From positions 6,869 through 70,868 of the IMG/VR virus record IMGVR_UViG_3300008114_000046: a DNA stretch of 64,000 bases; one strand, given 5' to 3'. The position numbers were made by a program, and so were the translations under genes. How positions within the stretch are numbered: the stretch's first letter is position 1; every line of letters begins with the position of its first letter. The notes beneath the pieces are model-generated. The model saw only the letters and a program-made list of their open reading frames with translations. It searched no databases and was not told the DNA's origin. Below, piece after piece: positions 20,036 to 29,490 of this stretch. This DNA comes from a virus. Lineage: Duplodnaviria > Caudoviricetes.

Positions 20036-21369
20036 TGACCACTCCTGCACAACAAGAAAGAGATCCATTAGCAGACGCTAGATCTGGTGGATCAGTTCCA
20101 GCAAAAGCACTTGGAAACGGAAATACGGTAAGATACGACAAAAAATCTAACAGATATTATGTTTCAAACGCGCGCACCAGTGGCACAAGCATTTCAACAA
20201 ACTTGGAAAGAGATGCTGCAGCGGGAAGAATATCAATTATTAGTCGGAGCGAAGCTCTAACACTGGTCCGCCCTCCAGTTACTTCCACACCACCAGCAAC
20301 TTCTACTAAAGAAGAAAGACCAACTCGTTCAACTGGTGGAGGAAGTTCCTCGGCACCTGTAGCTCCTCCAGCCCCTACAAAATTTGCTAACACTTCTACT
20401 CCTACACAAGAGCTAGGACCAATTTCAAACAAAGCAGTTACATTTGCAGATTCTCCTTCGAATGTAAATGTATCCACTCCTTCTAGATCTTTTGCAATTA
20501 GCAACTTTAGAGCTGAACTTGACAGTGGAAGTGTTCTACCGTCTCACAGTTATTTGGTTACTTTCTCGCCATTTAGAAATAGTCCAGATACTCTTGTACT
20601 AAATCAAATGATGTCGGCCTATCGTGATCCTCTTACACTTCGTTGTGAAAACGTAGTATTGCCTACTCTTCAACTTCTAGAAGAAGAGAACGTTCGTAGA
20701 TACGGATATGGTCCAGTTGAAAAGATTCCATACGGTGTGCAGTTTGGAGACTTAACACTTACATGGATCGTTGATAGATATTCAGAAGTTCCAGATTTCT
20801 TTCATCATTGGATGAATTCTATTGTAACGTATGAAGCCAAAGGCGCTCTTATGAGAGAAGGTGTAAGCACTCGCCAGGGACTTACATCTAGAGGTGCATA
20901 CGAAGTAGGATTCAAGGATGATTATACATGTCCTGTACTGACTGTAAACGTTTATAATCAACAGCTGGTTGCAGTTGCAGACTACGTTATGTATGATGTG
21001 TTTCCAATGAATATTCAATCTGCTAATCTTTCTTGGGCAGAAGAAAATCAATATCAAAAGTTTACAGTAACTTTTGCTTTTACTGATATGGAAACACGTG
21101 CTCCAGTCAAAGGATATCGTGAACTGGTAAATGCCTTTGAAACTGGTAAAATAAATCCAAATGAAGAAAAGAAGCAGTCTACAAATAAAGGCAGAGATGC
21201 TGCAAGAGACGGTGTTCAATCTGAATCAGATCCTAGACTGACAGCGCTAGCATCAAGTCCTTTCTCTGGAGTTACTAAAGCTCCTCCAAAAACATCACCA
21301 GCAAAAGCGGCACCGCCCGGACCTGGCGCTGAAAAGAAAAATACGCTCGGACAACCAACTACACCTTAA
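20035..21369 (+). CDS. Tail tube initiator gp54 / tube-like protein with long P/T/S-rich extensions
   Basis: Core LRCENVVLP...YGPVEKIPYGVQFGDLTLTW...FFHHWMNSI...DVFPMNI...FTVTFAF; position between gp2 and gp26. Confidence 0.65.
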   Translation: MTTPAQQERDPLADARSGGSVPAKALGNGNTVRYDKKSNRYYVSNARTSGTSISTNLERDAAAGRISIISRSEALTLVRPPVTSTPPATSTKEERPTRSTGGGSSSAPVAPPAPTKFANTSTPTQELGPISNKAVTFADSPSNVNVSTPSRSFAISNFRAELDSGSVLPSHSYLVTFSPFRNSPDTLVLNQMMSAYRDPLTLRCENVVLPTLQLLEEENVRRYGYGPVEKIPYGVQFGDLTLTWIVDRYSEVPDFFHHWMNSIVTYEAKGALMREGVSTRQGLTSRGAYEVGFKDDYTCPVLTVNVYNQQLVAVADYVMYDVFPMNIQSANLSWAEENQYQKFTVTFAFTDMETRAPVKGYRELVNAFETGKINPNEEKKQSTNKGRDAARDGVQSESDPRLTALASSPFSGVTKAPPKTSPAKAAPPGPGAEKKNTLGQPTTP

Positions 21370-21387
21370 TATTATGGAGAATACATA

Positions 21388-22095
21388 ATGCCATTACCAA
21401 AAATCGATCAACCACTATTTGATGTAACCATTCCTTCTACAAAACAAAAGGTTGTTTTCAGACCTTTTCTTGTAAAAGAAGAAAAGATTCTATTGATTGC
21501 TCAACAAAGTGGAAATGATACTGAAATCATTCGTGCAATCAAGCAGATCTTAATTAATTGTCTTCAAGACAATGTTGATGTTGATTCATTAGCAGTATTT
21601 GATCTTGAATATCTGTTTCTAAAGCTTCGTGCAAAGTCAGTAAACAACGTTGTAAAGCTTTCTTATCGTGATACAGAAGATGATACCATTTACGATTTCG
21701 AAGTAAATCTTGACGACATTGAAGTTCAGTTGCCAGAAAATCTAAATTCCAAAATTGAAATCAATAAGAATGTTGGAATGATGATGAAGTATCCTACTGC
21801 AGACATCACTGATAAAATGGGCCAATTTGAAACTGAAGTTGATCTCATGACTTTCTTCATCATTAACTGTATTGATACCATTTATGACGAAGACAATGTT
21901 TATGCTGCAAGTGATTATACAGAAGCAGAAATTACTGAGTTTCTTGATAGTTTGGATGTAAGTACATTTGATAAGATTCGTAAGTTCTTTGAGAATATTC
22001 CAAAGCTCTATCACAAGATCGAGTATAAGAATTCTCTAGGAAGCAAAAGGGAAATTGAGTTAACAAATCTCAAAGATTTTTTTATGTGGGGCTGA
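21388..22095 (+). CDS. gp26: Baseplate hub assembly protein gp26
   Basis: MPLPKI...FRPFLVKEEKILLIA...FDLEYLFLKLRAKSV motif; RBS GGAG upstream. Confidence 0.9.
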   Translation: MPLPKIDQPLFDVTIPSTKQKVVFRPFLVKEEKILLIAQQSGNDTEIIRAIKQILINCLQDNVDVDSLAVFDLEYLFLKLRAKSVNNVVKLSYRDTEDDTIYDFEVNLDDIEVQLPENLNSKIEINKNVGMMMKYPTADITDKMGQFETEVDLMTFFIINCIDTIYDEDNVYAASDYTEAEITEFLDSLDVSTFDKIRKFFENIPKLYHKIEYKNSLGSKREIELTNLKDFFMWG

Positions 22096-22268
22096 GTCAT
22101 ACGAGTTTAACTCGATATTATTCGATGGTTTTCTCGTTAGCTCAGCATCATAAATATTCTATTACAGAAGTTGAAAATCTGATACCATATGAACGGGATC
22201 TGTATGTCGACATGCTAATGGAATATTTGGAAGAGCAGAAAGCGCAGATAGAAAGTAGAAATCGTTAA
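22086..22268 (+). CDS. gp51: Baseplate hub assembly catalyst gp51-like (possibly reached by -1 frameshift from gp26)
   Basis: FSLAQHHKYSITEVENLIPYERDLYVDML motif; lies in the -1 frame of gp26 with no visible SD before GTG 22086. Confidence 0.8.
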   Translation: MGLSHTSLTRYYSMVFSLAQHHKYSITEVENLIPYERDLYVDMLMEYLEEQKAQIESRNR

Positions 22269-24409
22269 TGGCAAGAGGAAGAGTACTTGGTCGTCTAGGT
22301 AGAAATGCTGCAATGTCAGCGGCTGGAGACGTGCTCTCTTCTGGCTTTAGTGCTGTAAAAGGACTGGCTGGATCTATTGCTGGTGCTGCTAGAGGTTTAT
22401 CAAATCTAGCAGATCAACAAGACCAGCCTGTACAACAAAATAAAACTAGCAACGTAATCTACGTAAACTTTGGCATGGCAGGAACTGCTGGTAAACAAAA
22501 GGTTGCCGGTGGTGGAACTTTACCACCTCCAAAAGCCGTGAAAGCTTCTGGTGTAAATCAAAACATGCCAACTGATAAGCTACTTAATGTGGCTATCAAG
22601 CAACTGACTTCTATTAATAGTACTCTGAAAAAACAACTCGAGTTTGATAAGAAAGTCTATGACCAAGCTATTGCTGCAGAAAGAGAAGCAGCAATTGAAT
22701 CTCCAACCAGCCCGTTTGGTAATATTAAAGACAGATTGTCTGGGTTAGTTGATACTCAAGGAGCTGCAGACAGAGCAAAGGGTTTGTTCAGCGGTAAAAC
22801 TCTACTTGCTGGTCTTGGTCTCTTAGGTGCTGGGTCTCTTATTCTTGGATCGCTAGACAACTCAGAGTTCAATAAGCTTACTGCAAACGTTGAACAATTC
22901 AAAACTGATTACAAGTGGTTGTTTGATCTATCTAAATCTATTGGCACCGGACTTGGTGTGGGTGGATTCATGGGTTATGTTCTTGGAGGTGTGAAAGGCA
23001 TACTTCCAGGAATGGTAATTGGTGTAGTTGCAGATTATCTTGGCATTGAAAATACCGCAGGTGCTGTGGCCGGTGGATATGCAGCATACAGAGTCGGTAA
23101 AACTGGCTTTGATATTTACAAGCGTACACAAAAAATCCAAAAGATACGTTCAGCTCCACGCGCTGATCCGCGACTAAGAGGAACCGGATTTAGAGATCCA
23201 AAAACTGGAAGAATTGCTTCTCGCCAAGCGGTTCAAGCTGGTGGTGGTTGGTTATCAGGCACAACTGGAAGAAAATTTGTAGCATACATCTCTAGAAAAA
23301 AAGGCGCTGTCTTCTTAAAAGCAATTATTCGACTTCTTGGAAGAGTAACAGCAGGACTGGCTGTTACAGCAACTGGTGTTGGTGTGATTCCAGGTCTATT
23401 GTGGACTGCTCTATCAGTTGCATTTGCAATTACCGATGTAATGGATATTATTGATCTATGGAATGGATTTCAGGAAGAAGAAGAGCTTAAAAAAGATGCA
23501 GAAGCGGTAACTGCTGGAGCTGCAGCAGAACCTGACGCAACAAGAACTGCTGGGTCAGCGGCAGCTCCAGCCTTAGCTGCAGAAAGAATTAAAAGTAGAT
23601 CTGAAACAGGACAGCCTGAAGAAGCACAAGCTTTCTTTGAGAGTCGTGGATGGACAAAAGAACAAGCTGCTGGTATTGTTGGTAACCTAGTTGTAGAATC
23701 AGGTCTTAGAACTGATGCTGTAGGTGATGGTGGACAAGCATATGGTATTGCTCAATGGCACCCAGATCGTCAGAATGCATTTAGACAAGTGTATGGCAAA
23801 GACATCCGCAACTCAAGTTTCCAAGAACAATTAAACTATGTAGACTGGGAACTCAGAAATACTGAAGCTCGTGCTGGTAATCTTCTTCGAAATGCTACGA
23901 CTGCTGAAGAAGCAGCAGCAATCGTTGATCGTAGTTATGAAAGATCTGCTGGTTACCACTTAGCTGAGCGTCAAGCAAATGCTGCTGCAATCATGGCTGG
24001 CGACTATGCAAAGGTATCAACTGGCGGTGCTGCAGGATACGAAGGACCTGGCGGCGCTGTTGGAGCTATGGCAATAAACGCTATAGAAACTACAGCCAGA
24101 CTTCTTGGTGGTGTTGCTGGTCAACTCGTAGGCCCTACAAGTCTTAGAAATACTGCAGAGCCTCTTACTTCTGGAACAGATCGATCAAAAGAAATTGGCC
24201 AAAAGTCTACTGAGCTAGATGCAATTATGAAATTTGGATCACTTGATGCTCGTCAAAAATCAATTTCAACACCATCAACTCCAACCGCAGTTCTTCAAGC
24301 GGCAAATCCAAGTGGAACTATTTCAGTAATCGATCCAAACTGGCATGGACTTGGAGATTCTAAGAATCCACTTTACAAGTATCTAGCAAATTCTAAGATG
24401 GCAGCATGA
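22268..24409 (+). CDS. Tape-measure-like protein with a phage tail lysozyme domain
   Basis: Ala/Gly-rich helical protein with hydrophobic segments; AAGIVGNLVVESGLRTDAVGDGGQAYGIAQW...QLNYVDWEL matches the phage tail-lysozyme pattern; follows gp26/gp51. Confidence 0.72.
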   Translation: MARGRVLGRLGRNAAMSAAGDVLSSGFSAVKGLAGSIAGAARGLSNLADQQDQPVQQNKTSNVIYVNFGMAGTAGKQKVAGGGTLPPPKAVKASGVNQNMPTDKLLNVAIKQLTSINSTLKKQLEFDKKVYDQAIAAEREAAIESPTSPFGNIKDRLSGLVDTQGAADRAKGLFSGKTLLAGLGLLGAGSLILGSLDNSEFNKLTANVEQFKTDYKWLFDLSKSIGTGLGVGGFMGYVLGGVKGILPGMVIGVVADYLGIENTAGAVAGGYAAYRVGKTGFDIYKRTQKIQKIRSAPRADPRLRGTGFRDPKTGRIASRQAVQAGGGWLSGTTGRKFVAYISRKKGAVFLKAIIRLLGRVTAGLAVTATGVGVIPGLLWTALSVAFAITDVMDIIDLWNGFQEEEELKKDAEAVTAGAAAEPDATRTAGSAAAPALAAERIKSRSETGQPEEAQAFFESRGWTKEQAAGIVGNLVVESGLRTDAVGDGGQAYGIAQWHPDRQNAFRQVYGKDIRNSSFQEQLNYVDWELRNTEARAGNLLRNATTAEEAAAIVDRSYERSAGYHLAERQANAAAIMAGDYAKVSTGGAAGYEGPGGAVGAMAINAIETTARLLGGVAGQLVGPTSLRNTAEPLTSGTDRSKEIGQKSTELDAIMKFGSLDARQKSISTPSTPTAVLQAANPSGTISVIDPNWHGLGDSKNPLYKYLANSKMAA

Positions 24410-25959
24410 GAAACTTATACACAACATCAGATGTAAAAGCATTTTCTCAAGCGTTCGGTTCAATAGGAATGAATCGAGCGCAATTGGCTGCTATTCAAAA
24501 TTCTGCGGCAAATGAAAACGAATTAGAAGTAATACCAATCAAAACACTGAATACTTCTTTAGTTAAGATGATTGACCAGTTATCTGTCTTAGATGGATAC
24601 CTAAAGCAAAAACTAGATAATCAAAAAATTGTTGATAAAAATCTTCAATTGTCTGAAAGAGAAGCTGAGCTTGAAAAACAAGTTCAACCACCAGAAATTA
24701 TTCGACAGGACGCCGAAAAAGTAGATGGTTCTTCTATGGGTGGTCTTGGACTGCTTGGTCTTGGAGCTGCAGGATTACTTGCATTCGAACCAGTAAGAGA
24801 AGCCTTGAGTGGATTAGTAAGCCTTGCAGTAGATGCTGGTAAGTTTGCTACAAACGTTCTAAAGTCTATCAATGGACTTTTTGCTTCGATGTTTTCTGGA
24901 ACTCCAGATGCTTCTGTACAACAACCGGCTGAAGGTGGTGTAGCTCCATCAAGTGCTGGAATGGCTTCTGTTGGTGAAGGTGCAACATCAACCGACGCTC
25001 AACCAGTACCACCAGCTCCACAAGAACAAAGACCAGGATTTATTGCTAGTACTCTTACTGGTGCTATAACTGGTGGAGCGGCAGGTGCAGTATTACCATT
25101 TGTGAGTGCTCGTACTGGAGCAGTTGCGGGTGCTGCTATGGGAGCATATAGTTATTTCACATCTCCAAGCGCGCCATCAGAAACTTCTTCACCGACAACT
25201 GGTGGAGCTACTACACCTGTAACTACATCACCATCAAGTTCTACAACAGGATCTTCTCAAGAACAAGCAACACCAGCCGGAGAAATTCCAAAGAATGATA
25301 TTGTCGCTCTTGGAAATTATCTAGCTGGTAGAGGTGCCGAAAAAAGTAAAATGGAACATCCAGCTCTTAGTGGTAGAGTAGGAGATCATAGTGAAAATTC
25401 ACGCCATTATCGTGGCATGGCAATCGATGTAAATTTCCCGGGTCCGGGTGAAGCTGCTACACTCGATGCTCTAGAACCACAACTACGCGCTGCTGGTTAT
25501 AATACTATTTGGAGACAAAAGGACCACTATACGCATATGCACGTATCAGTTGGTGGACCAGAAGGTGGCGGATCATATGGAGATACTAACAATAGTAGTA
25601 TACTCGGCCAAGCCGCAACAGCCATTTCAAATGGCATAGAAGAAACTGCCAAAATTATTGGAGCAGTGGCTGGAGTTTTAGTAGGTAAAACAAGTCTGAA
25701 AGATTTAAGTACACCACTAACAGATGTATCTTCAATTATTCGAGATAGTAGTGTAAGAGAAAATGCTGCTATTGCTAGCGCAAACATTCCAAAAGTACCA
25801 CCGAGACCATCTCCTCCGAACATCAATATGTCGGGTACAACTAGTACTATTCAGAATCCGCCAACCATGTCTGATAGAAATCGTCTATACTATTATATAG
25901 ATAGATTTAATTTCACTGATGTGAAAAAACCATTTTCACCAAAAACTGTTATGGCATAA
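24406..25959 (+). CDS. Second tape-measure-like paralogue with a Zn-peptidase (M15-like) domain
   Basis: HSENSRHYRGMAIDVNF...HYTHMHVSV fits the H-x6-D...HxH pattern; N- and C-terminal blocks resemble the upstream gene. Confidence 0.62.
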   Translation: MRNLYTTSDVKAFSQAFGSIGMNRAQLAAIQNSAANENELEVIPIKTLNTSLVKMIDQLSVLDGYLKQKLDNQKIVDKNLQLSEREAELEKQVQPPEIIRQDAEKVDGSSMGGLGLLGLGAAGLLAFEPVREALSGLVSLAVDAGKFATNVLKSINGLFASMFSGTPDASVQQPAEGGVAPSSAGMASVGEGATSTDAQPVPPAPQEQRPGFIASTLTGAITGGAAGAVLPFVSARTGAVAGAAMGAYSYFTSPSAPSETSSPTTGGATTPVTTSPSSSTTGSSQEQATPAGEIPKNDIVALGNYLAGRGAEKSKMEHPALSGRVGDHSENSRHYRGMAIDVNFPGPGEAATLDALEPQLRAAGYNTIWRQKDHYTHMHVSVGGPEGGGSYGDTNNSSILGQAATAISNGIEETAKIIGAVAGVLVGKTSLKDLSTPLTDVSSIIRDSSVRENAAIASANIPKVPPRPSPPNINMSGTTSTIQNPPTMSDRNRLYYYIDRFNFTDVKKPFSPKTVMA

Positions 25960-25990
25960 AAAGAAAGGGGACCCGAAGGCCCCCTTTCCC
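25958..25990 (-). terminator. Intrinsic terminator with cUUCGg tetraloop after gp32 (may also act on the convergent + operon)
   Basis: - strand reads GAAAGGGGGCC-TTCG-GGTCCCCTTTC-TTTT. Confidence 0.85.
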
Positions 25991-25995
25991 ACCGA

Positions 25996-26901
25996 TCAAT
26001 CTTCGTCAGCAAGTCGCTTGAAGAAAGCCAGATCCTCGTCGTCATCATCGACGCCTGCCGAAGCAACGGGAGCGGCTGGAGCAGCAGCTGCCTGGAAGAC
26101 TGGGGCCGGAGCCTTGTACTCTTCCTCGTCAAGTTCAACACCACGAATCTTTGCCGGAGCGGCATTGAGACCCAGAACATTGTTGAGACGAGTCTTTAGC
26201 TCATCATAAGACTTAAAGTGCTTTGGATCTACAAGGTCCTGGAGCGAATGCTCCTGCTTGTATACCGCTTCAAGTTCAGCGTCATCATCGAGCAGTGGTG
26301 CGGGAGAGTCGAATTCAGACTTATCGTAGTTGCGGTAACCCTCAACCTTACGAATCTTGAGCTTGAAGTTAGCACCCGTCCAAAGATCGAACGGATTTAC
26401 TGGTTGTTCGTCCTGAAATTGAGGGTTCATCAGGTCGTTCAACTTGTCAAAGATCTTCTTGCCATACTTGTACAGGAAGACCTTACCTTCGTTGTCACGA
26501 TTACCAGGATCGCTAACAACGTAGATGTTTGAGATGTAAGACAGGCGACGCTTCTGGTCACGTGCCTTTTCCTTGTCCGATTCCAGACCAGTATTCCAGA
26601 GAACAGAGTTGTGCTCAGAAACAGGATCTGGCTTACCAAGAGTCGTCAGCGACTTCTCGATATACCAAAGACCGGTTGGCCCTTTAAAGCCATGGTCCCA
26701 GATGCGAACAAAAGGAAGATCTTCACCGCCCGGTGCAGGAAGGAAACGAATGACAGCGTAGCCATTTTCAGCCTTGTCCAATGTAGGCTTCCAATACTTG
26801 TCATCGTCGGAACGGTCGAAGGTAGTGGTCTGCTTCTGAAGCTCCTTGGTGAGCTTTTCAAATGAGGTAGCAGACGAGCGCTTGAGATCAGCGAAAGACA
26901 T
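25996..26901 (-). CDS. gp32: Single-stranded DNA-binding protein gp32
   Basis: NGYAVIRFLPAP...WYIEKSLTTLG...KVFLYKYGKKIFDK...GANFKLKIRKVEGYRNYDKSEF; acidic tail. Confidence 0.95.
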   Translation of the reverse strand: MSFADLKRSSATSFEKLTKELQKQTTTFDRSDDDKYWKPTLDKAENGYAVIRFLPAPGGEDLPFVRIWDHGFKGPTGLWYIEKSLTTLGKPDPVSEHNSVLWNTGLESDKEKARDQKRRLSYISNIYVVSDPGNRDNEGKVFLYKYGKKIFDKLNDLMNPQFQDEQPVNPFDLWTGANFKLKIRKVEGYRNYDKSEFDSPAPLLDDDAELEAVYKQEHSLQDLVDPKHFKSYDELKTRLNNVLGLNAAPAKIRGVELDEEEYKAPAPVFQAAAAPAAPVASAGVDDDDEDLAFFKRLADED

Positions 26902-26936
26902 AATTATTCTCCTTGTATGTCGTTGTGTACGTTATA

Positions 26937-27821
26937 TTAGTCGTTATATTTAATTGAGAGATATTTAGCCCCGCCATCCCAAGGCATGAATGGAATATCA
27001 GAATATTCGATATCATGGTTGGTAAAACGTGGGACAAATTCCTCTCGTATGTATTTATCATTATCGATACCAAAGATCTCATTAGAATATGCAATTAGCC
27101 AATTTTTTGTTTGGCCGATCTTTGACATGATATCATTACGAAGGTCGACTGGCATCTCGGTGAATGACCAAGTACCAATCATTAGATCTGCATCAAACAG
27201 ATCATTCACATCAGAAGTATGTACGATGTTGGTATGTCCCAACTGATCGTGATACCACTTCTGAACTGCACCGACTTCAGCAAAATCGTAAATTACGTAC
27301 TTGCCTTTGAAGCCGAGCTTGTAGACGATATCAGCCATGTCGCCAATGCCGCCGCCAAGTTCTACAATCGTATCCAGCTTTGCTAGATCTTCTGGAGTCC
27401 ACTTGTTCAAAACAAGGTGAGCCATATGTTGGATACGATTCATTGAGGTTGTAAAGTCTTCGAACAGATTGTAGATACCACGATCTTGTTCGGTAATCCC
27501 TACATCGGGATCTTCGAGTGCGTAACGAATTCGACGATCTTCTTTTGCAGCTGGAAGAACTGCAGCAAAGTAATCGAAGAATCGAGCTCGAGTCATAAAA
27601 GGAACTGACATCACAGATGCCCAGACCTTAAAGCGTTCTTTAGGAAGATTCTCAAAATCCTCAGCAAACACTTCACACATCACACTCCAATAGTTGCCAT
27701 CATTTACTTGCTTGGCAGCCATCATCTTTTCAAATGTTTCTTTGGAAGAAGCTAGAGGAGCTTGAGCAGTCATTGCCGGATTAGCCGGCTCAGTAGAGTA
27801 ACGAAAATATTCAGACATCAA
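26937..27821 (-). CDS. SAM-dependent methyltransferase, putative sugar O-methyltransferase
   Basis: IVELGGGIGDMA (motif I), YVIYDF and DLMIGTWSFTEMP. Confidence 0.65.
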   Translation of the reverse strand: MMSEYFRYSTEPANPAMTAQAPLASSKETFEKMMAAKQVNDGNYWSVMCEVFAEDFENLPKERFKVWASVMSVPFMTRARFFDYFAAVLPAAKEDRRIRYALEDPDVGITEQDRGIYNLFEDFTTSMNRIQHMAHLVLNKWTPEDLAKLDTIVELGGGIGDMADIVYKLGFKGKYVIYDFAEVGAVQKWYHDQLGHTNIVHTSDVNDLFDADLMIGTWSFTEMPVDLRNDIMSKIGQTKNWLIAYSNEIFGIDNDKYIREEFVPRFTNHDIEYSDIPFMPWDGGAKYLSIKYND

Positions 27822-28396
27822 TCACCTGCAAATTTGTCTTTCAGTATTTTACGACACTTGAACATGTCATAATGAAAGAATGGTTTATACTTACTTAGCT
27901 TTTTATATATGCTCGGCCAAAGAACACCATCTTCAATCTTCTTATTCCAGTGGCCAAAGAAACCAAGAATATCATTTAGAATAATAATAGTCTCAATCGA
28001 GATTTCTCTACGTAAGTATTGTTTAAGTAAATATGGGTGTTGCCCATTCTTTACAATAACATTATCGTCAAAATCTGTCAACAGTTTATTTAGGTCTTGC
28101 TCAAAAATATACGAAAGAGATTGCTGTCGCTTGAGCCAGTCAGCATAGAGCTTTTCAGACTTATCATCAAACAAATCGCCAATCCATTTCAAGTCACCAT
28201 CAACAAAGTTGGCAACTAGATATTGGAGTGGGTTCTTATGTTTGGAGAGTTTGTAAAATTGGTACTTGTCTTTACGAGTCTCGAAGCTCGTAGAACTTGC
28301 ATTCACTTTACCATTGTACTTAATGTAATCATAACTATCACTGGTAAAGTGGCTTTTGACCGCAAGGAAAGTCTTATAAGACTCGAACGGCGTCAT
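27818..28396 (-). CDS. gp59: Helicase loader gp59
   Basis: YKTFLAVKSHFTSDSYDYIKYNGKV...FETRKDKYQFYKLS; gp33-59-32 synteny. Confidence 0.9.
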   Translation of the reverse strand: MTPFESYKTFLAVKSHFTSDSYDYIKYNGKVNASSTSFETRKDKYQFYKLSKHKNPLQYLVANFVDGDLKWIGDLFDDKSEKLYADWLKRQQSLSYIFEQDLNKLLTDFDDNVIVKNGQHPYLLKQYLRREISIETIIILNDILGFFGHWNKKIEDGVLWPSIYKKLSKYKPFFHYDMFKCRKILKDKFAGD

Positions 28397-28638
28397 ACTG
28401 GCAGTCGGGCTGTCTTAGGAAGATAGTTAAGATCTTCAGCGGCCGACTGAAGTTTTGATTTGATTTTAATATTGTTCTTGATAATTGAAGCAGCAGCCTC
28501 AATTTCAATATTATTCTTTTCACAAAGGTGGACGACGGCATCCATGTAATCTAAATTATACGTCTTCACAAGATTTTCGATCTCTTTAATAAACTTTTCA
28601 TTAGACATAGTCTTTTGAAAGATAACGTCGTCCACCAT
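28393..28638 (-). CDS. gp33: Late transcription coactivator gp33
   Basis: FIKEIENLV...YMDAVVHLCEKNNIEIE...KSKLQSAAEDLNYL. Confidence 0.88.
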   Translation of the reverse strand: MVDDVIFQKTMSNEKFIKEIENLVKTYNLDYMDAVVHLCEKNNIEIEAAASIIKNNIKIKSKLQSAAEDLNYLPKTARLPV

Positions 28639-28644
28639 AATAAA

Positions 28645-29223
28645 TCATCCTCTATAAAAAATATGTGCACCAATCTTAGTTGTACGATCAAAGACTCTAC
28701 CCCAACGAGGACTTACGTAGTCGGCGTGGTAGAACTTTGCACCTTTAGTTACGTCACCGTAATTTCCTAGGTACACGTGTTCGGCGATTTCTTTTGCTTT
28801 TGCGAAAGCTACACCGTCACGAATTCGCTTTCCTCCCTCACACTTCCATGAAAATTGGCATACGCCTCGAGCTTTTTGGTTAATTACTCCGCATGGTGTT
28901 TTTGGGAATCTATCATCTTTGACGCGGTTTAACACGACATTGTTAACCGCAATCCTACCTTTGTAGGGTTCATGGCCAGCTTCGAAGTAGGTATTCTCGG
29001 CCATGCATTGGATTTGTTTTTTATCGTTTGCGCTCAGATAAACTGGCTTTTTTACGATAACTTCTTTTTCGATTACCTTGACTTCAGGTACCTTAACAAT
29101 CTTGACTTCTGGTTCCTTAGTTGGCATTGCAACAGCTGCACCTGCAGCAAGAGCAAGACCAAGGCAGAATCCTTCAGCCCAGCGTAGGTACGGGAAATCT
29201 TTTCTATTTTCGAAAAGTTTCAT
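28645..29223 (-). CDS. SleB/Hydrolase_2-family cell wall hydrolase with N-terminal membrane anchor or signal
   Basis: CMAENTYFEAGHEP...AVNNVVLNRV...FP...C...CQFSW...GAKFYHADYVSPRW...IGAHIFY. Confidence 0.88.
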   Translation of the reverse strand: MKLFENRKDFPYLRWAEGFCLGLALAAGAAVAMPTKEPEVKIVKVPEVKVIEKEVIVKKPVYLSANDKKQIQCMAENTYFEAGHEPYKGRIAVNNVVLNRVKDDRFPKTPCGVINQKARGVCQFSWKCEGGKRIRDGVAFAKAKEIAEHVYLGNYGDVTKGAKFYHADYVSPRWGRVFDRTTKIGAHIFYRG

Positions 29224-29239
29224 TTGTATCCTCTAATCT

Positions 29240-29490
29240 TAAATGACTTTGGCAAACAGAGACTACTGTGCAGGCATCTCAGCCTATAGTTTTTCTGTCG
29301 CTATGAGAAGATACAAAAAGAAATAACGAAGGTATCTTCCATCCATTTCCCTCTTACTGGAAATGCAAAATCATTATGGTTTCGTCGGTGGAATTATTGT
29401 GCATCTGAGATGTTAGATAATTCCGCTTTCTATAGCCCTAAGACTTGAAGCTTTGTAAGAGTCAATGGAGGTTCCAACCTCCGTTGCGAT
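29240..29490 (-). ncRNA. Candidate structured RNA / long 5' leader of the cell wall hydrolase gene
   Basis: ~270 nt with no substantial ORF, its own promoter, and at least five visible stems (see findings). Confidence 0.5.

Noticed and set aside
26902-26940. T4 gene 32-type autoregulatory pseudoknot
   Set aside because: Only a short A/C-rich unstructured leader is visible; I could not identify a pseudoknot
29240-29490. RNase P RNA, 6S, SRP, c-di-AMP or c-di-GMP riboswitch identity for the structured leader
   Set aside because: Hallmark sequences (e.g. GAGGAAAGUCC and the P4 partner, the SRP GGAA loop motif, riboswitch cores) are not visible by eye; a covariance-model scan is still needed
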